Both the position numbers and the translations under genes were made by a program. A DNA stretch of 64,000 nt. Source: an uncultured Alphaproteobacteria bacterium. Lineage in GTDB: Bacteria; Pseudomonadota; Alphaproteobacteria; RF32; CAG-239. The stretch is from NCBI GenBank assembly GCA_944393725.1, contig CALYBC010000020.1, positions 6,103 to 70,102 of the forward strand, written 5' to 3'. This document shows, piece by piece, positions 1-7,620 of this stretch (within the stretch, counting starts at the first letter, position 1; the number at the start of each line of letters is the position of its first letter). The notes under the pieces were generated by a model, which saw only the letters and a list, made by a program, of their open reading frames with translations, was not told the DNA's origin and did not search any database.

Positions 1-1785
1 GTGAGCGCCGGTACCAACACCTGTGTTGCCTATACACCCAATCTTTTCGCCTTGTTTGACTTTACGTGAAGTGCCTGCCGCTCCGCCGCTACTCATTTTC
101 ATGTGTGCATAGTATGTTTTCCATGTATTGCCGCTTATGGAACCATGATCAATTATCGCATAATATCCATATCCCGTAACTGGTCCTGAGCCGTTTTTTC
201 TTTGAACCTTGTATGTTATAGTGCCCGGACCGGCTGCGACTACCGGATTGCATGGTGCCTTTGACCCTACGGCGGCATCTACACCGCTGTGTGTCTTTGA
301 GCATCCCTTACAAGGAGACGGGCGACAGCCAAACAGTGATGTTATCTGACCTCCAGCAAGACCTGGAATAAGCAAATTAGGTATTTGAGTTTGTGAAAAT
401 ACGGCTTCATTTTGCTTGGTAGCTGCAGCATCGTACTCCTTTTCCTCTTCGGTAAGGCCTGTATCTTCCTCGGTTTGTGAGGAATCCGGAAGCGGAGTTT
501 CTATTTGCGGAGTTTCTTTTTTTAATTCTTCTTCCAACATTGCAGTATCGTCATCGGTTATGGTATCCCAGCCTTCGGTATAGGATTTGATATCTTCGTC
601 CCAAAACTCCTGCCCCATAAGTGCGCCTACGCTCATAATCGGAGTAATGAAAAATTTACTGATTACACTAACTCCTTCGCTGATTACTATGTATGCAAGT
701 GCAACCTTAAATAACATCTTAAACAAGTCGTTTAGAATGTTACCGGTCTGAATTTCGGTGAATGATGAAACATTTTTTAGCCCCCAAAATGCAGCCCATA
801 GCAAAAATCCTACCAAGAGTATGCCGATACCGGCTTTTTGTGTTACGATTAAGCCTTTATTTGCTGCGTGTAAAAAGGCCGAGGTCAGCCTTTCTACAAC
901 CAAGCATGACCAGCAACCGGCCTGATATCTGGCCCTTAGCTGTTCGGAGGTCGGACAGGCCTGCAAAACCTTGGTCTCAATCTTTTTTGCTAATTTTTCC
1001 AGCTTTTCTTGCTTTTTGGTTTCTTGCGTTAACTCATATACTTCCGCTAGGCGGTTTTCGGTAGCTCTAACCATATTATCAAGCTCTATCTTGATGCTTT
1101 GATATTCACTTTCGTTTATGTAGCCATCTTTTTTCAAATTTTCCAGATTATTTTGCGCCTTTTGCGCTTGTCTTCTAAGATTGCGCCTGAACAATGTTTT
1201 ATTCATCGCTTTATCGTACCCCTCTTGGGTCGTATAAAGAGAAAGTTTGTCTAATGCCTCTTGCAGATATGTTGTATTGGGCAAATTGAAGAGGCCTTTT
1301 TCCGCAGCTGCCTCGTTTTTTGCGGCTTTCTCTAAAATCTTTTGGGTATTATCAGATAGCTTAATTTGTTCTTTATCGGCATAATAGTTACTTACTATTC
1401 TTTCTTTTTCTTCTGTACTATATTCTGCTTTGCTTGATTTTTTTAGTGCTTGCGTTTCTTCTTCTCCTGATAAGATTTTGCCGTCTTTATCAGTTGAGAT
1501 GCTAACTACATATTCTCCATTTTCCAGTGGCCTGTCTTTACCTACGCATTGGTATGTGGGCTCTTTCTCTACACACATGCCGCTCTCACTATCATGCCTT
1601 AGACAATCTGGTGAATCTTTGTGAATACATTGACTGGTATCAAGATTACAACTTGTATGACCACATAATATTGTTTCTGCCTTGGCTGCAGGAGAAAAAC
1701 CGTAAATGGCTACAAAAAACAGCACAAACATCATTATTTTGATGATGTGTCTGAATTTGATGATGTCGGCTCTGTTTTTTGTCAT
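1..1785 (-). CDS. Partial CDS (C-terminus lies off the left edge): Cys-rich N-domain, coiled coil and a VirB6-paralog-type CxxC/TM module, fused to an M23 (LytM) metallopeptidase domain
   Basis: Absent from the ORF track because there is no stop inside the window. The reverse complement of 1-1785 is one open frame (checked block by block for 1-960), starting at ATG 1785 with GGAGAA 6 nt upstream: MTKNRADIIKFRHIIKIMMFVLFFVAIYGFSPAAKAETILCGHTSCNLDTSQC... The middle part, AGCWSCLVVERLTSAF plus helices GIGILLVGFLLWAAFWGL and LFKVALAYIVISEGV, matches the CxxC-TM module of the neighbouring VirB6-like ORFs. The last ~110 codons give M23 motifs HSGVDAA, AAGPGTITY, GYGYYAIIDHG, TYYAHM and GEKIGCIGNTGVGTGAH. 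Confidence 0.75.
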   Translation of the reverse strand, partial: MTKNRADIIKFRHIIKIMMFVLFFVAIYGFSPAAKAETILCGHTSCNLDTSQCIHKDSPDCLRHDSESGMCVEKEPTYQCVGKDRPLENGEYVVSISTDKDGKILSGEEETQALKKSSKAEYSTEEKERIVSNYYADKEQIKLSDNTQKILEKAAKNEAAAEKGLFNLPNTTYLQEALDKLSLYTTQEGYDKAMNKTLFRRNLRRQAQKAQNNLENLKKDGYINESEYQSIKIELDNMVRATENRLAEVYELTQETKKQEKLEKLAKKIETKVLQACPTSEQLRARYQAGCWSCLVVERLTSAFLHAANKGLIVTQKAGIGILLVGFLLWAAFWGLKNVSSFTEIQTGNILNDLFKMLFKVALAYIVISEGVSVISKFFITPIMSVGALMGQEFWDEDIKSYTEGWDTITDDDTAMLEEELKKETPQIETPLPDSSQTEEDTGLTEEEKEYDAAATKQNEAVFSQTQIPNLLIPGLAGGQITSLFGCRPSPCKGCSKTHSGVDAAVGSKAPCNPVVAAGPGTITYKVQRKNGSGPVTGYGYYAIIDHGSISGNTWKTYYAHMKMSSGGAAGTSRKVKQGEKIGCIGNTGVGTGAH

Positions 1786-1806
1786 TGTTTTCTCCAATTA
1801 TATATA

Positions 1807-3111
1807 TTATTTGCGTCCCGCTATGCGAGCCATCTTGGCTTTGGCGGCAGAAGAGAGTTCATATGCTCTACCGGCCCAACGTATTAGCTTCCATGATGAC
1901 TGCGGTGCCAGTGATAAGCCGAAGGTTAATAAATTGCTTACACCTTTTAATATAGCGCCACCGATTGCCTGAGCTGCAGCCTTGAGGTTCTTTTGGAAGT
2001 TTGCACTCAAACCTACTCCGAGCAATGCCGAGGTTAACTGCTGAGAAACACCCATAGAACCATATATCAAGAAACCAATCAACAGCAGACATAAAAATCC
2101 GATGCTTATATCTTGCATATTGGCTTGAGCGTCTTCGGGATTAAATATACTGGGGTTGTTTTGTATTAAAGACACCATCGCCGTGAGCACCAATGCAATG
2201 ATTACGGAAAAACACATCATAAAGGCGGCAGAAGCCAAAATATGAACAAAACCTTTCTTGGTCCACTCCCTTGTGGGACCAAATGCGTAGCAAACTACAT
2301 AAAACGGTAGTAAAATTATGATTATTCCCATTTGGAATATGGTATCAACCAAGTAAAACGAGAATCCAATCTTAACAACCCAAAAAAACAGGTACAACAA
2401 TATTCCCATAATCTTACTGGTAATGTTTAACCCACCTTGGTTCATTACCTCTATGGCGATATCGCCACCAATGGTCAGATATCGGGAGGCCATCATTATC
2501 ATACAAAACATAGTATCTCTTATTGCCGTCGGAAATTCTCCGTTTTTAGATAAGAGGTCACCACCTATTGAGCAAGACATATCTACATCCGCTACATCTA
2601 TCGGAGTGCCAAAAACCTCAAAACCCTGATCAACGGCAGTGGTTAATGAAGTACTTAAAATATCGGTACCCAATTTTAGAAACGCCAGATAAACAGGAAA
2701 AACCAATGTATTGATTACATAAAGTATGCCCGTATTTGAGGAGGCCAATATTCCGCATATTCCGCAAACAAAAGCTTTGCGTATAATTTCGTTCCAGACC
2801 TCTCCGACATTGCTCTCGGTTACCGAACTTACATATTTTAGCAGTCGCAAAGCTAACCAAACCGAAAATGCTACCGCGATAACCGGCATGGCCGCAGATG
2901 TGAAGTTGCCGTACATGACTCCAACTTGTTTACTTACGGCATCAAATATGGTGGTTAGAATAACGCAACTTAAACAGTCTGCATCACTGGTATCAACTTC
3001 ACCGCTGGTAAGTTGGTCGGGTTCATCTGAGCAAGCGCTGATAAATAACACCGCAACCAAGATTATGGCCAGTTTGCTAAATTTGTGGAGTATGTTGCGC
3101 CATTTAGTCAT
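1807..3111 (-). CDS. TrbL/VirB6-like polytopic membrane protein with a lipoprotein-type signal
   Basis: 434 aa with a lipobox-like LFISAC. The motif CLSCVILTTIF is followed by at least 6 hydrophobic helices. LVDTIFQMGIIIILLPFYVVCYAFGPTREWTKKGF is colinear with LLDAVVQLGIVGALLPFLVASWPFKITSKYTASGF (3122..5452) and FMDALLQLSVIGAMMPLMIAGWPFRATSQYASTGF (47478..49520). An RBS lies upstream and the gap to the next gene is 21 nt. Confidence 0.65.
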   Translation of the reverse strand: MTKWRNILHKFSKLAIILVAVLFISACSDEPDQLTSGEVDTSDADCLSCVILTTIFDAVSKQVGVMYGNFTSAAMPVIAVAFSVWLALRLLKYVSSVTESNVGEVWNEIIRKAFVCGICGILASSNTGILYVINTLVFPVYLAFLKLGTDILSTSLTTAVDQGFEVFGTPIDVADVDMSCSIGGDLLSKNGEFPTAIRDTMFCMIMMASRYLTIGGDIAIEVMNQGGLNITSKIMGILLYLFFWVVKIGFSFYLVDTIFQMGIIIILLPFYVVCYAFGPTREWTKKGFVHILASAAFMMCFSVIIALVLTAMVSLIQNNPSIFNPEDAQANMQDISIGFLCLLLIGFLIYGSMGVSQQLTSALLGVGLSANFQKNLKAAAQAIGGAILKGVSNLLTFGLSLAPQSSWKLIRWAGRAYELSSAAKAKMARIAGRK

Positions 3112-3121
3112 AGTTATCTCC

Positions 3122-5452
3122 TTACTCCAGATTATCTAATTTGTTGCGGCTAGGTCTGTGACCTTGGTGCGAAGTATTATCAACATTTGCCGTTTTTGTG
3201 TTTTTATTGTTGTTGGCCGAGGTTGAAGCCGGACGCGTAGCCGCGTTGGTGTCAGGCGAAGATTGGTTGCCTCCGGTAACATTTGCCGCGTTTTGAGTTT
3301 GACCATTTGCTGAGCCCGGCCTGTTTTCGGAATTGGTCTGTGCGGTAGGTTTGCTGCCTACATTTGCGGTTGTTCCGCCTTGAGCGCCGGTACCGCTGGA
3401 ATTAGGACGACCACCGGATTCAGAGTTGGCCGAAACCGGTCTGCTGTTACCTACATTCGCAGTCTTTTGAGGCTGCCCACCGCCATTATTACTCTGCGTT
3501 CCTTGGCTACTGCCGCTTGCACCTCCTCCGAGTCTGTTTTTGATAAAACGGCGAACCGGACGCAGGGTGGCAAGTCCGACTCCTTTATCTACGGCTTTAT
3601 TTGCAACTTTTTTGGCTTTGTCTTCCATATATTCGCCTATAGCCTCTCTGGTCGGTGCCGAAACTTTGCTGGCAAATCCTTTAACGGCACTAGCCCCCAT
3701 AGTGGCAAAACTCGGAGCAACCGGCTTAATACCTCCGCTGGAAAATTTGTTCGTCAAATCTGATACTTTAGACATCAGCATAAAGCCTAAAATACAGGCA
3801 AATATAAACATCAAAAATTCTACGCTCAAAACATTGACTAATTTTTTGAGTTTGGCCGTATCCACATTGTCCAGAGCTTCTATCAGACCACTGATTCCTG
3901 AAGAATCTTTCAGGCTTAGCGAACTATCAATTAGCGAAATGGCAACCGTAACTATCATGCCTATCATCATGAAGTTAAATACGCTGTTTAAAAACATCTT
4001 GAAACCGGAGGCGGTGTATTTAGAGGTAATCTTAAACGGCCAGCTGGCAACTAAAAACGGCAGTAATGCTCCCACTATGCCAAGCTGCACAACCGCATCA
4101 AGCAGATAAAATACAAACGCCAGCGACATTAAAAATCCAAAAACCCAGAAAAATATGGCATAAATTCGGCATTCCAACCCTAAACCAAATTCAAAACTTG
4201 GGCGTCCTATTATATATCTGCCGCCAAGACACCACAGTGAACTACCGATACTTTGCAACATGGCGTATTTTAGATTAACACTATAGGCCAAATTTTCTAA
4301 AAGAGCGTAGGTGCTAAAACTGTAGAATATATTTTCAAAATTGCGAGAATAATCCGACGGCATAGTTTTATCTACAGCCGCAAAAGCTTCCGGCGTCAGA
4401 GCATCAACGCCAAAACGATTGGCAATACTCTGTATTTCTCCTCCGGATAGCATACTGGTGCCAAAACTTAAACCGGCATTCAATATTGGCAGGATGATAA
4501 ACGAGAATATATCACCATAATAAACCAGTAAAAAGTAAGCTATCATAAATTTGTAACTTTGCTGCAACATCTCGGTTATATATTTGGCGGCATCTTGTTT
4601 GGTTAAAGAGCTGACAAAAACAAGAGTCTTGAGAGCAAGCCATATTACCAAACCAACTGCTATAACCGTGGCAAAGCTTGACGCAAATTTTGTTGCGGAA
4701 AGCTGTGTTATGTCATCGGCAGCCGCATATATTACACCCATTAATGAGCAGAATCGGCACTTACTGTTGTTATAAAGCATAACCGGAATAACATCACAGC
4801 CGCGACCTTTGGCATCTCCGGCAATAACCCGCACTTCATTTCCGATTGCTTTAACACAATATTGGGAAATATTTCCCGAGGCATTTTTAGCTGCGTAGCA
4901 TTCTTTTATTTTGTATTCCTTCTCTTTGGTCGTTCTAACTTCTTTTGTTGAAAGATTGGTTAGCTCAATTTTTTTACTTAAATTTTTATGAGTGCTTAAA
5001 TCCACTTCTGTCCAACCTAGGAGCTCTTTTAGCTCTTTGATTCTCTTACTATCTGATCTACTTACGCACTCGTATCTGTATACGATTTTATTCTTAGAAG
5101 TATTGCTAAATAGTATTCTAAAACCATTAAATGTACTACCAATATCATATTCTTTAACCATACAAACAGATGTCTCAATATTACATAGTTCTTTACCGCA
5201 CTCAATGATATTGGTGGGACGCTCATTCTCGCTTTCGCCAAAAATCTCTGAAAACCGACTAAACTCTGAGCTGTTTTTTTTCATAAAATCCCAAGCATTT
5301 TCCGGAGATACGGCGTCAACTCCGGTGGTGGAAGCTTTGTCTGCGGCCGAACAAACACTGCCAAACAGCGGCTGAAGCACTATCGCTGCCGCCAGAATTA
5401 ATATATGCAGTAATTTATTCCTTTTTTTCACCATCTTCTTCATCCCTTGCAA
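3122..5452 (-). CDS. Large VirB6/TrbL-like membrane protein with a Cys-rich periplasmic N-domain and a G/S/N/T/Q-rich C-terminal tail
   Basis: 776 aa with a signal peptide (LHILILAAAIVLQPLFGSVCSA). N-domain IIECGKELCNIETSVC, then CRFCSLMGVIYAAADD, then multiple TM helices, including the conserved LPFLVASWPF block shared with the other VirB6-like ORFs. The C-terminal ~170 aa are low complexity (ANVG-type repeats). The start is uncertain: the track uses TTG 5452, and ATG codons occur at 5443 and 5434. Confidence 0.7.
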   Translation of the reverse strand: MQGMKKMVKKRNKLLHILILAAAIVLQPLFGSVCSAADKASTTGVDAVSPENAWDFMKKNSSEFSRFSEIFGESENERPTNIIECGKELCNIETSVCMVKEYDIGSTFNGFRILFSNTSKNKIVYRYECVSRSDSKRIKELKELLGWTEVDLSTHKNLSKKIELTNLSTKEVRTTKEKEYKIKECYAAKNASGNISQYCVKAIGNEVRVIAGDAKGRGCDVIPVMLYNNSKCRFCSLMGVIYAAADDITQLSATKFASSFATVIAVGLVIWLALKTLVFVSSLTKQDAAKYITEMLQQSYKFMIAYFLLVYYGDIFSFIILPILNAGLSFGTSMLSGGEIQSIANRFGVDALTPEAFAAVDKTMPSDYSRNFENIFYSFSTYALLENLAYSVNLKYAMLQSIGSSLWCLGGRYIIGRPSFEFGLGLECRIYAIFFWVFGFLMSLAFVFYLLDAVVQLGIVGALLPFLVASWPFKITSKYTASGFKMFLNSVFNFMMIGMIVTVAISLIDSSLSLKDSSGISGLIEALDNVDTAKLKKLVNVLSVEFLMFIFACILGFMLMSKVSDLTNKFSSGGIKPVAPSFATMGASAVKGFASKVSAPTREAIGEYMEDKAKKVANKAVDKGVGLATLRPVRRFIKNRLGGGASGSSQGTQSNNGGGQPQKTANVGNSRPVSANSESGGRPNSSGTGAQGGTTANVGSKPTAQTNSENRPGSANGQTQNAANVTGGNQSSPDTNAATRPASTSANNNKNTKTANVDNTSHQGHRPSRNKLDNLE

Positions 5453-5615
5453 AAGGGTTACCCAGAATAAAAAACGCCGCCAGAATCGAGGAAACGAATA
5501 ATACTATAGAAAGCCATTTAAACATATTGCTTGATATAAATTCAAACAAATCAATGCTGTATGCCAGAAATAACAACAAAATCATCAGTATTGTCCAGCC
5601 CCAGGCTTTAAGCAT
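5415..5615 (-). CDS. Small two-helix membrane protein, first ORF of the VirB6-like operon
   Basis: 66 aa with two hydrophobic helices and an acidic tail (DEEDGEKKE). AAGGAG-type RBS (AAGGAGACCAAAAATG). It overlaps the start of the next ORF. No family recognised. Confidence 0.4.
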   Translation of the reverse strand: MLKAWGWTILMILLLFLAYSIDLFEFISSNMFKWLSIVLFVSSILAAFFILGNPFARDEEDGEKKE

Positions 5616-5647
5616 TTTTGGTCTCCTTATTCCACTCTCTTATCATC

Positions 5648-5695
5648 ATAACATACAAATTACTTATAAAGTGTTACAGTTTTTTGATTTTTTAT
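5648..5695. promoter_or_regulatory. Conserved 48-bp cis element, copy A, immediately upstream of the VirB6-like operon
   Basis: ATAACATACAAATTACTTATAAAGTGTTACAGTTTTTTGATTTTTTAT matches 49564..49612 at 45 of 48 positions plus one extra T. Both copies lie 32-43 nt upstream of the first start codon of a minus-strand VirB6-like gene. Confidence 0.5.
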
Positions 5696-5715
5696 AATAA
5701 AAAAATTTCTACACA

Positions 5716-5746
5716 CTTTTTGTACACAAATTGTCCCTTTTTGTAC
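5716..5746. promoter_or_regulatory. Direct repeat CTTTTTGTAC x2 at 21-bp spacing (candidate operator) in the divergent regulator/VirB6 intergenic region
   Basis: CTTTTTGTAC occurs at 5716-5725 and 5737-5746. The core TGTACA is palindromic. TTTTTGTACA recurs at 12461-12470 and 42423-42432, in T4SS intergenic gaps. Confidence 0.3.
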
Positions 5747-5820
5747 TATTTTCTTGATTAATATCTGACTTGTATTAATATTGGGGTAAATATTTCAACT
5801 TTGTAATGAGGTAAAATATC

Positions 5821-6792
5821 ATGGAAGAAATTATTTTTCCCAACCAAATCAGAATGTATCGCCGTTTGAGAGGCCGCTCTATGCAAGAGCTTGCCGATCA
5901 TCTTAATGTTTCATTGTCGGCCATATCCAAAATCGAAAAAGGATATCGCAGAGTCGATCAAGAGCAGTTGGTAAAAGTATCGGAATTTCTTGATTGCCCA
6001 TTACAGGATTTGTTCGTTAATGAGCAAAATTCTCAACAAGAAATCGTGTTGGCATGGAAAAGAGAACAGGAAAGACGCAACAAAATCAATGAAAAAAGCG
6101 GTCTTAAAACCTTGGGTGCCGGTTTGCGTCAAATCAGAAATGAAAAGAATCTGACTTTGATTGAAGTTGCAGAAAATGCAGATATGACTTTGTCGGTTTA
6201 TCACCGTATTGAGATGGGGCAACGAGAAGTTTCGGAAAAAGAAATGAAGAACATTGCCAAAGCATTAAAAGTCTCTGTTGATGAACTAAAAGCACAAATT
6301 AAAGATTTGGATGAAAAGGGATTCTTGGAAGAAATTATCCAGAGGAATGATGCCAAGTATAAATTGTTGTCAACACCGCGAGGCGCTATTGCTTCTTTTG
6401 TTTCTGCGACCCAAGAACTGCCTAAAATTCAGGTTTTTGGCACTGCCGGCAAAAATGGCGATCTGTTAATCAATTTTAATGAAGAAGTTAAGAGAATTGC
6501 TTCTCCATTAAATCCGCAAAGTGCTAAAGACTGCTACGCTCTCAATCTTTGCACCAGAAGATTGGGCAATCTCTTGCCTGCTCGCTCAATATTGTTCGTC
6601 AATTCGCAAGAACCGGTTAGTGTTGGCGATATTGCAGTTTATTATACAAGCGAAAATGAGGCCAAAGTAGTATCAATCAGAGAAGATGAGGACGGAAATA
6701 TGTTTGGCATGCAATGGAATCCTGATGAGAAAATAACTCTGTCCAATGACGATATGACAAAACTTCATAAGGTTATTTTTATTAGCTTGTAG
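5821..6792 (+). CDS. Tandem XRE-family HTH transcriptional regulator with a LexA/CI (S24)-like C-terminal domain
   Basis: 323 aa with two HTH units (IRMYRRLRGRSMQELADHLNVSLSAISKIEKG; LRQIRNEKNLTLIEVAENADMTLSVYHRIEMG). The C-terminal ~120 aa have an S24-like layout (IQVFGTAG, VSVGDIAVYY, KVVSI) but no obvious catalytic Ser. Divergent from the VirB6-like operon and followed by a terminator. Confidence 0.8.
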   Translation: MEEIIFPNQIRMYRRLRGRSMQELADHLNVSLSAISKIEKGYRRVDQEQLVKVSEFLDCPLQDLFVNEQNSQQEIVLAWKREQERRNKINEKSGLKTLGAGLRQIRNEKNLTLIEVAENADMTLSVYHRIEMGQREVSEKEMKNIAKALKVSVDELKAQIKDLDEKGFLEEIIQRNDAKYKLLSTPRGAIASFVSATQELPKIQVFGTAGKNGDLLINFNEEVKRIASPLNPQSAKDCYALNLCTRRLGNLLPARSILFVNSQEPVSVGDIAVYYTSENEAKVVSIREDEDGNMFGMQWNPDEKITLSNDDMTKLHKVIFISL

Positions 6793-6805
6793 GATTGATT
6801 TTAGC

Positions 6806-6839
6806 AAAAAAAAGCCGCTCAAATGAGCGGTTTTTTTTT
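6806..6839. terminator. Bidirectional rho-independent terminator shared by the regulator (+) and the end of the T4SS gene train (-)
   Basis: A8 run, then stem CCGCTC (6815-6820), loop AAAT, stem GAGCGG (6825-6830), then a T9 run. It sits between convergent stops at 6792 and 6838. Confidence 0.75.
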
Positions 6840-7611
6840 ACAACGGAGGAATGTTTAACTGGACTATGCTTCCGGGGCTTATTTTACTGTTGGCATAGCG
6901 CATATTGCCGGTTTCTATCATAAAACGCTGTCTGCCGGTCATCTGTGCCGCCAGGTCATAAAAATCTTTGGCTCGCATGTCTTGTCGTTGTGGGTTCATT
7001 ATGTAGAGAACACATCCTTGAGCACGTTCGGCGATGCCGCATCTGGCTCGTCCTCTCGGAACTTCGGCGTTTACCACAACCCCCTGCAAACCGTTGCGAA
7101 CTATTTTTGATTCGGCAAAAACAAGTTTTCCGATAATTACCCCCATAAACAATGTGGCAACCAGTATTAAAGAAAGAGTTTTGACATTTAACCACCCGGG
7201 AAGTGATATATTAGACGCACTGCGACCGTAAACTTCGCTTTCGTATGTGTCCTCATCTATGTATTGCGGAGTTTCATACATATTGCCGGAATCGACTTCT
7301 CTTGAGGGGACATTGCCGCCATCAAGGTATTCATTTAATTCTGCCGAAGTTTCAATGTTTTCGCTATCATTATAATTATGCGGAGGAACCGTCGAAGTTT
7401 GCGGCATCGGTCTGGCAGGACTTGCAGACGGCGATGCCTGCCTGAATGGATTTGCTTGCGGCTGAGGAGCATGAGGCGGCTGTGCCGACGGTACAGGAGG
7501 GACTTGCGGCGTGACTGGTTGTGCCGATGTTTGCGGCAGAGTCCGGTTTATCGGTCTTTTTATTTTTTTTAGACGGGGTTGCCCAATATTATTAAGATTA
7601 TCCATTGCCAT
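6838..7611 (-). CDS. Pro/Gln-rich bitopic membrane protein, function unknown (last gene of the T4SS train)
   Basis: 257 aa. N-terminus PVTPQVPPVPSAQPPHAPQPQANP, single TM LSLILVATLFMGVIIGKLVF, and a ~90-aa C-terminal domain. The gap to the upstream gene is 9 nt. Confidence 0.55.
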   Translation of the reverse strand: MAMDNLNNIGQPRLKKIKRPINRTLPQTSAQPVTPQVPPVPSAQPPHAPQPQANPFRQASPSASPARPMPQTSTVPPHNYNDSENIETSAELNEYLDGGNVPSREVDSGNMYETPQYIDEDTYESEVYGRSASNISLPGWLNVKTLSLILVATLFMGVIIGKLVFAESKIVRNGLQGVVVNAEVPRGRARCGIAERAQGCVLYIMNPQRQDMRAKDFYDLAAQMTGRQRFMIETGNMRYANSKISPGSIVQLNIPPL

Positions 7612-7620
7612 TCCTATCTG

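Noticed and set aside
762-1972. Four short plus-strand ORFs (762..1064, 1430..1624, 1527..1742, 1706..1972) listed for the first 2 kb.
   Set aside because: All lie opposite the long open minus-strand frame that carries clear M23 and VirB6-paralog motifs. Their sequences are low-complexity, with no RBS.
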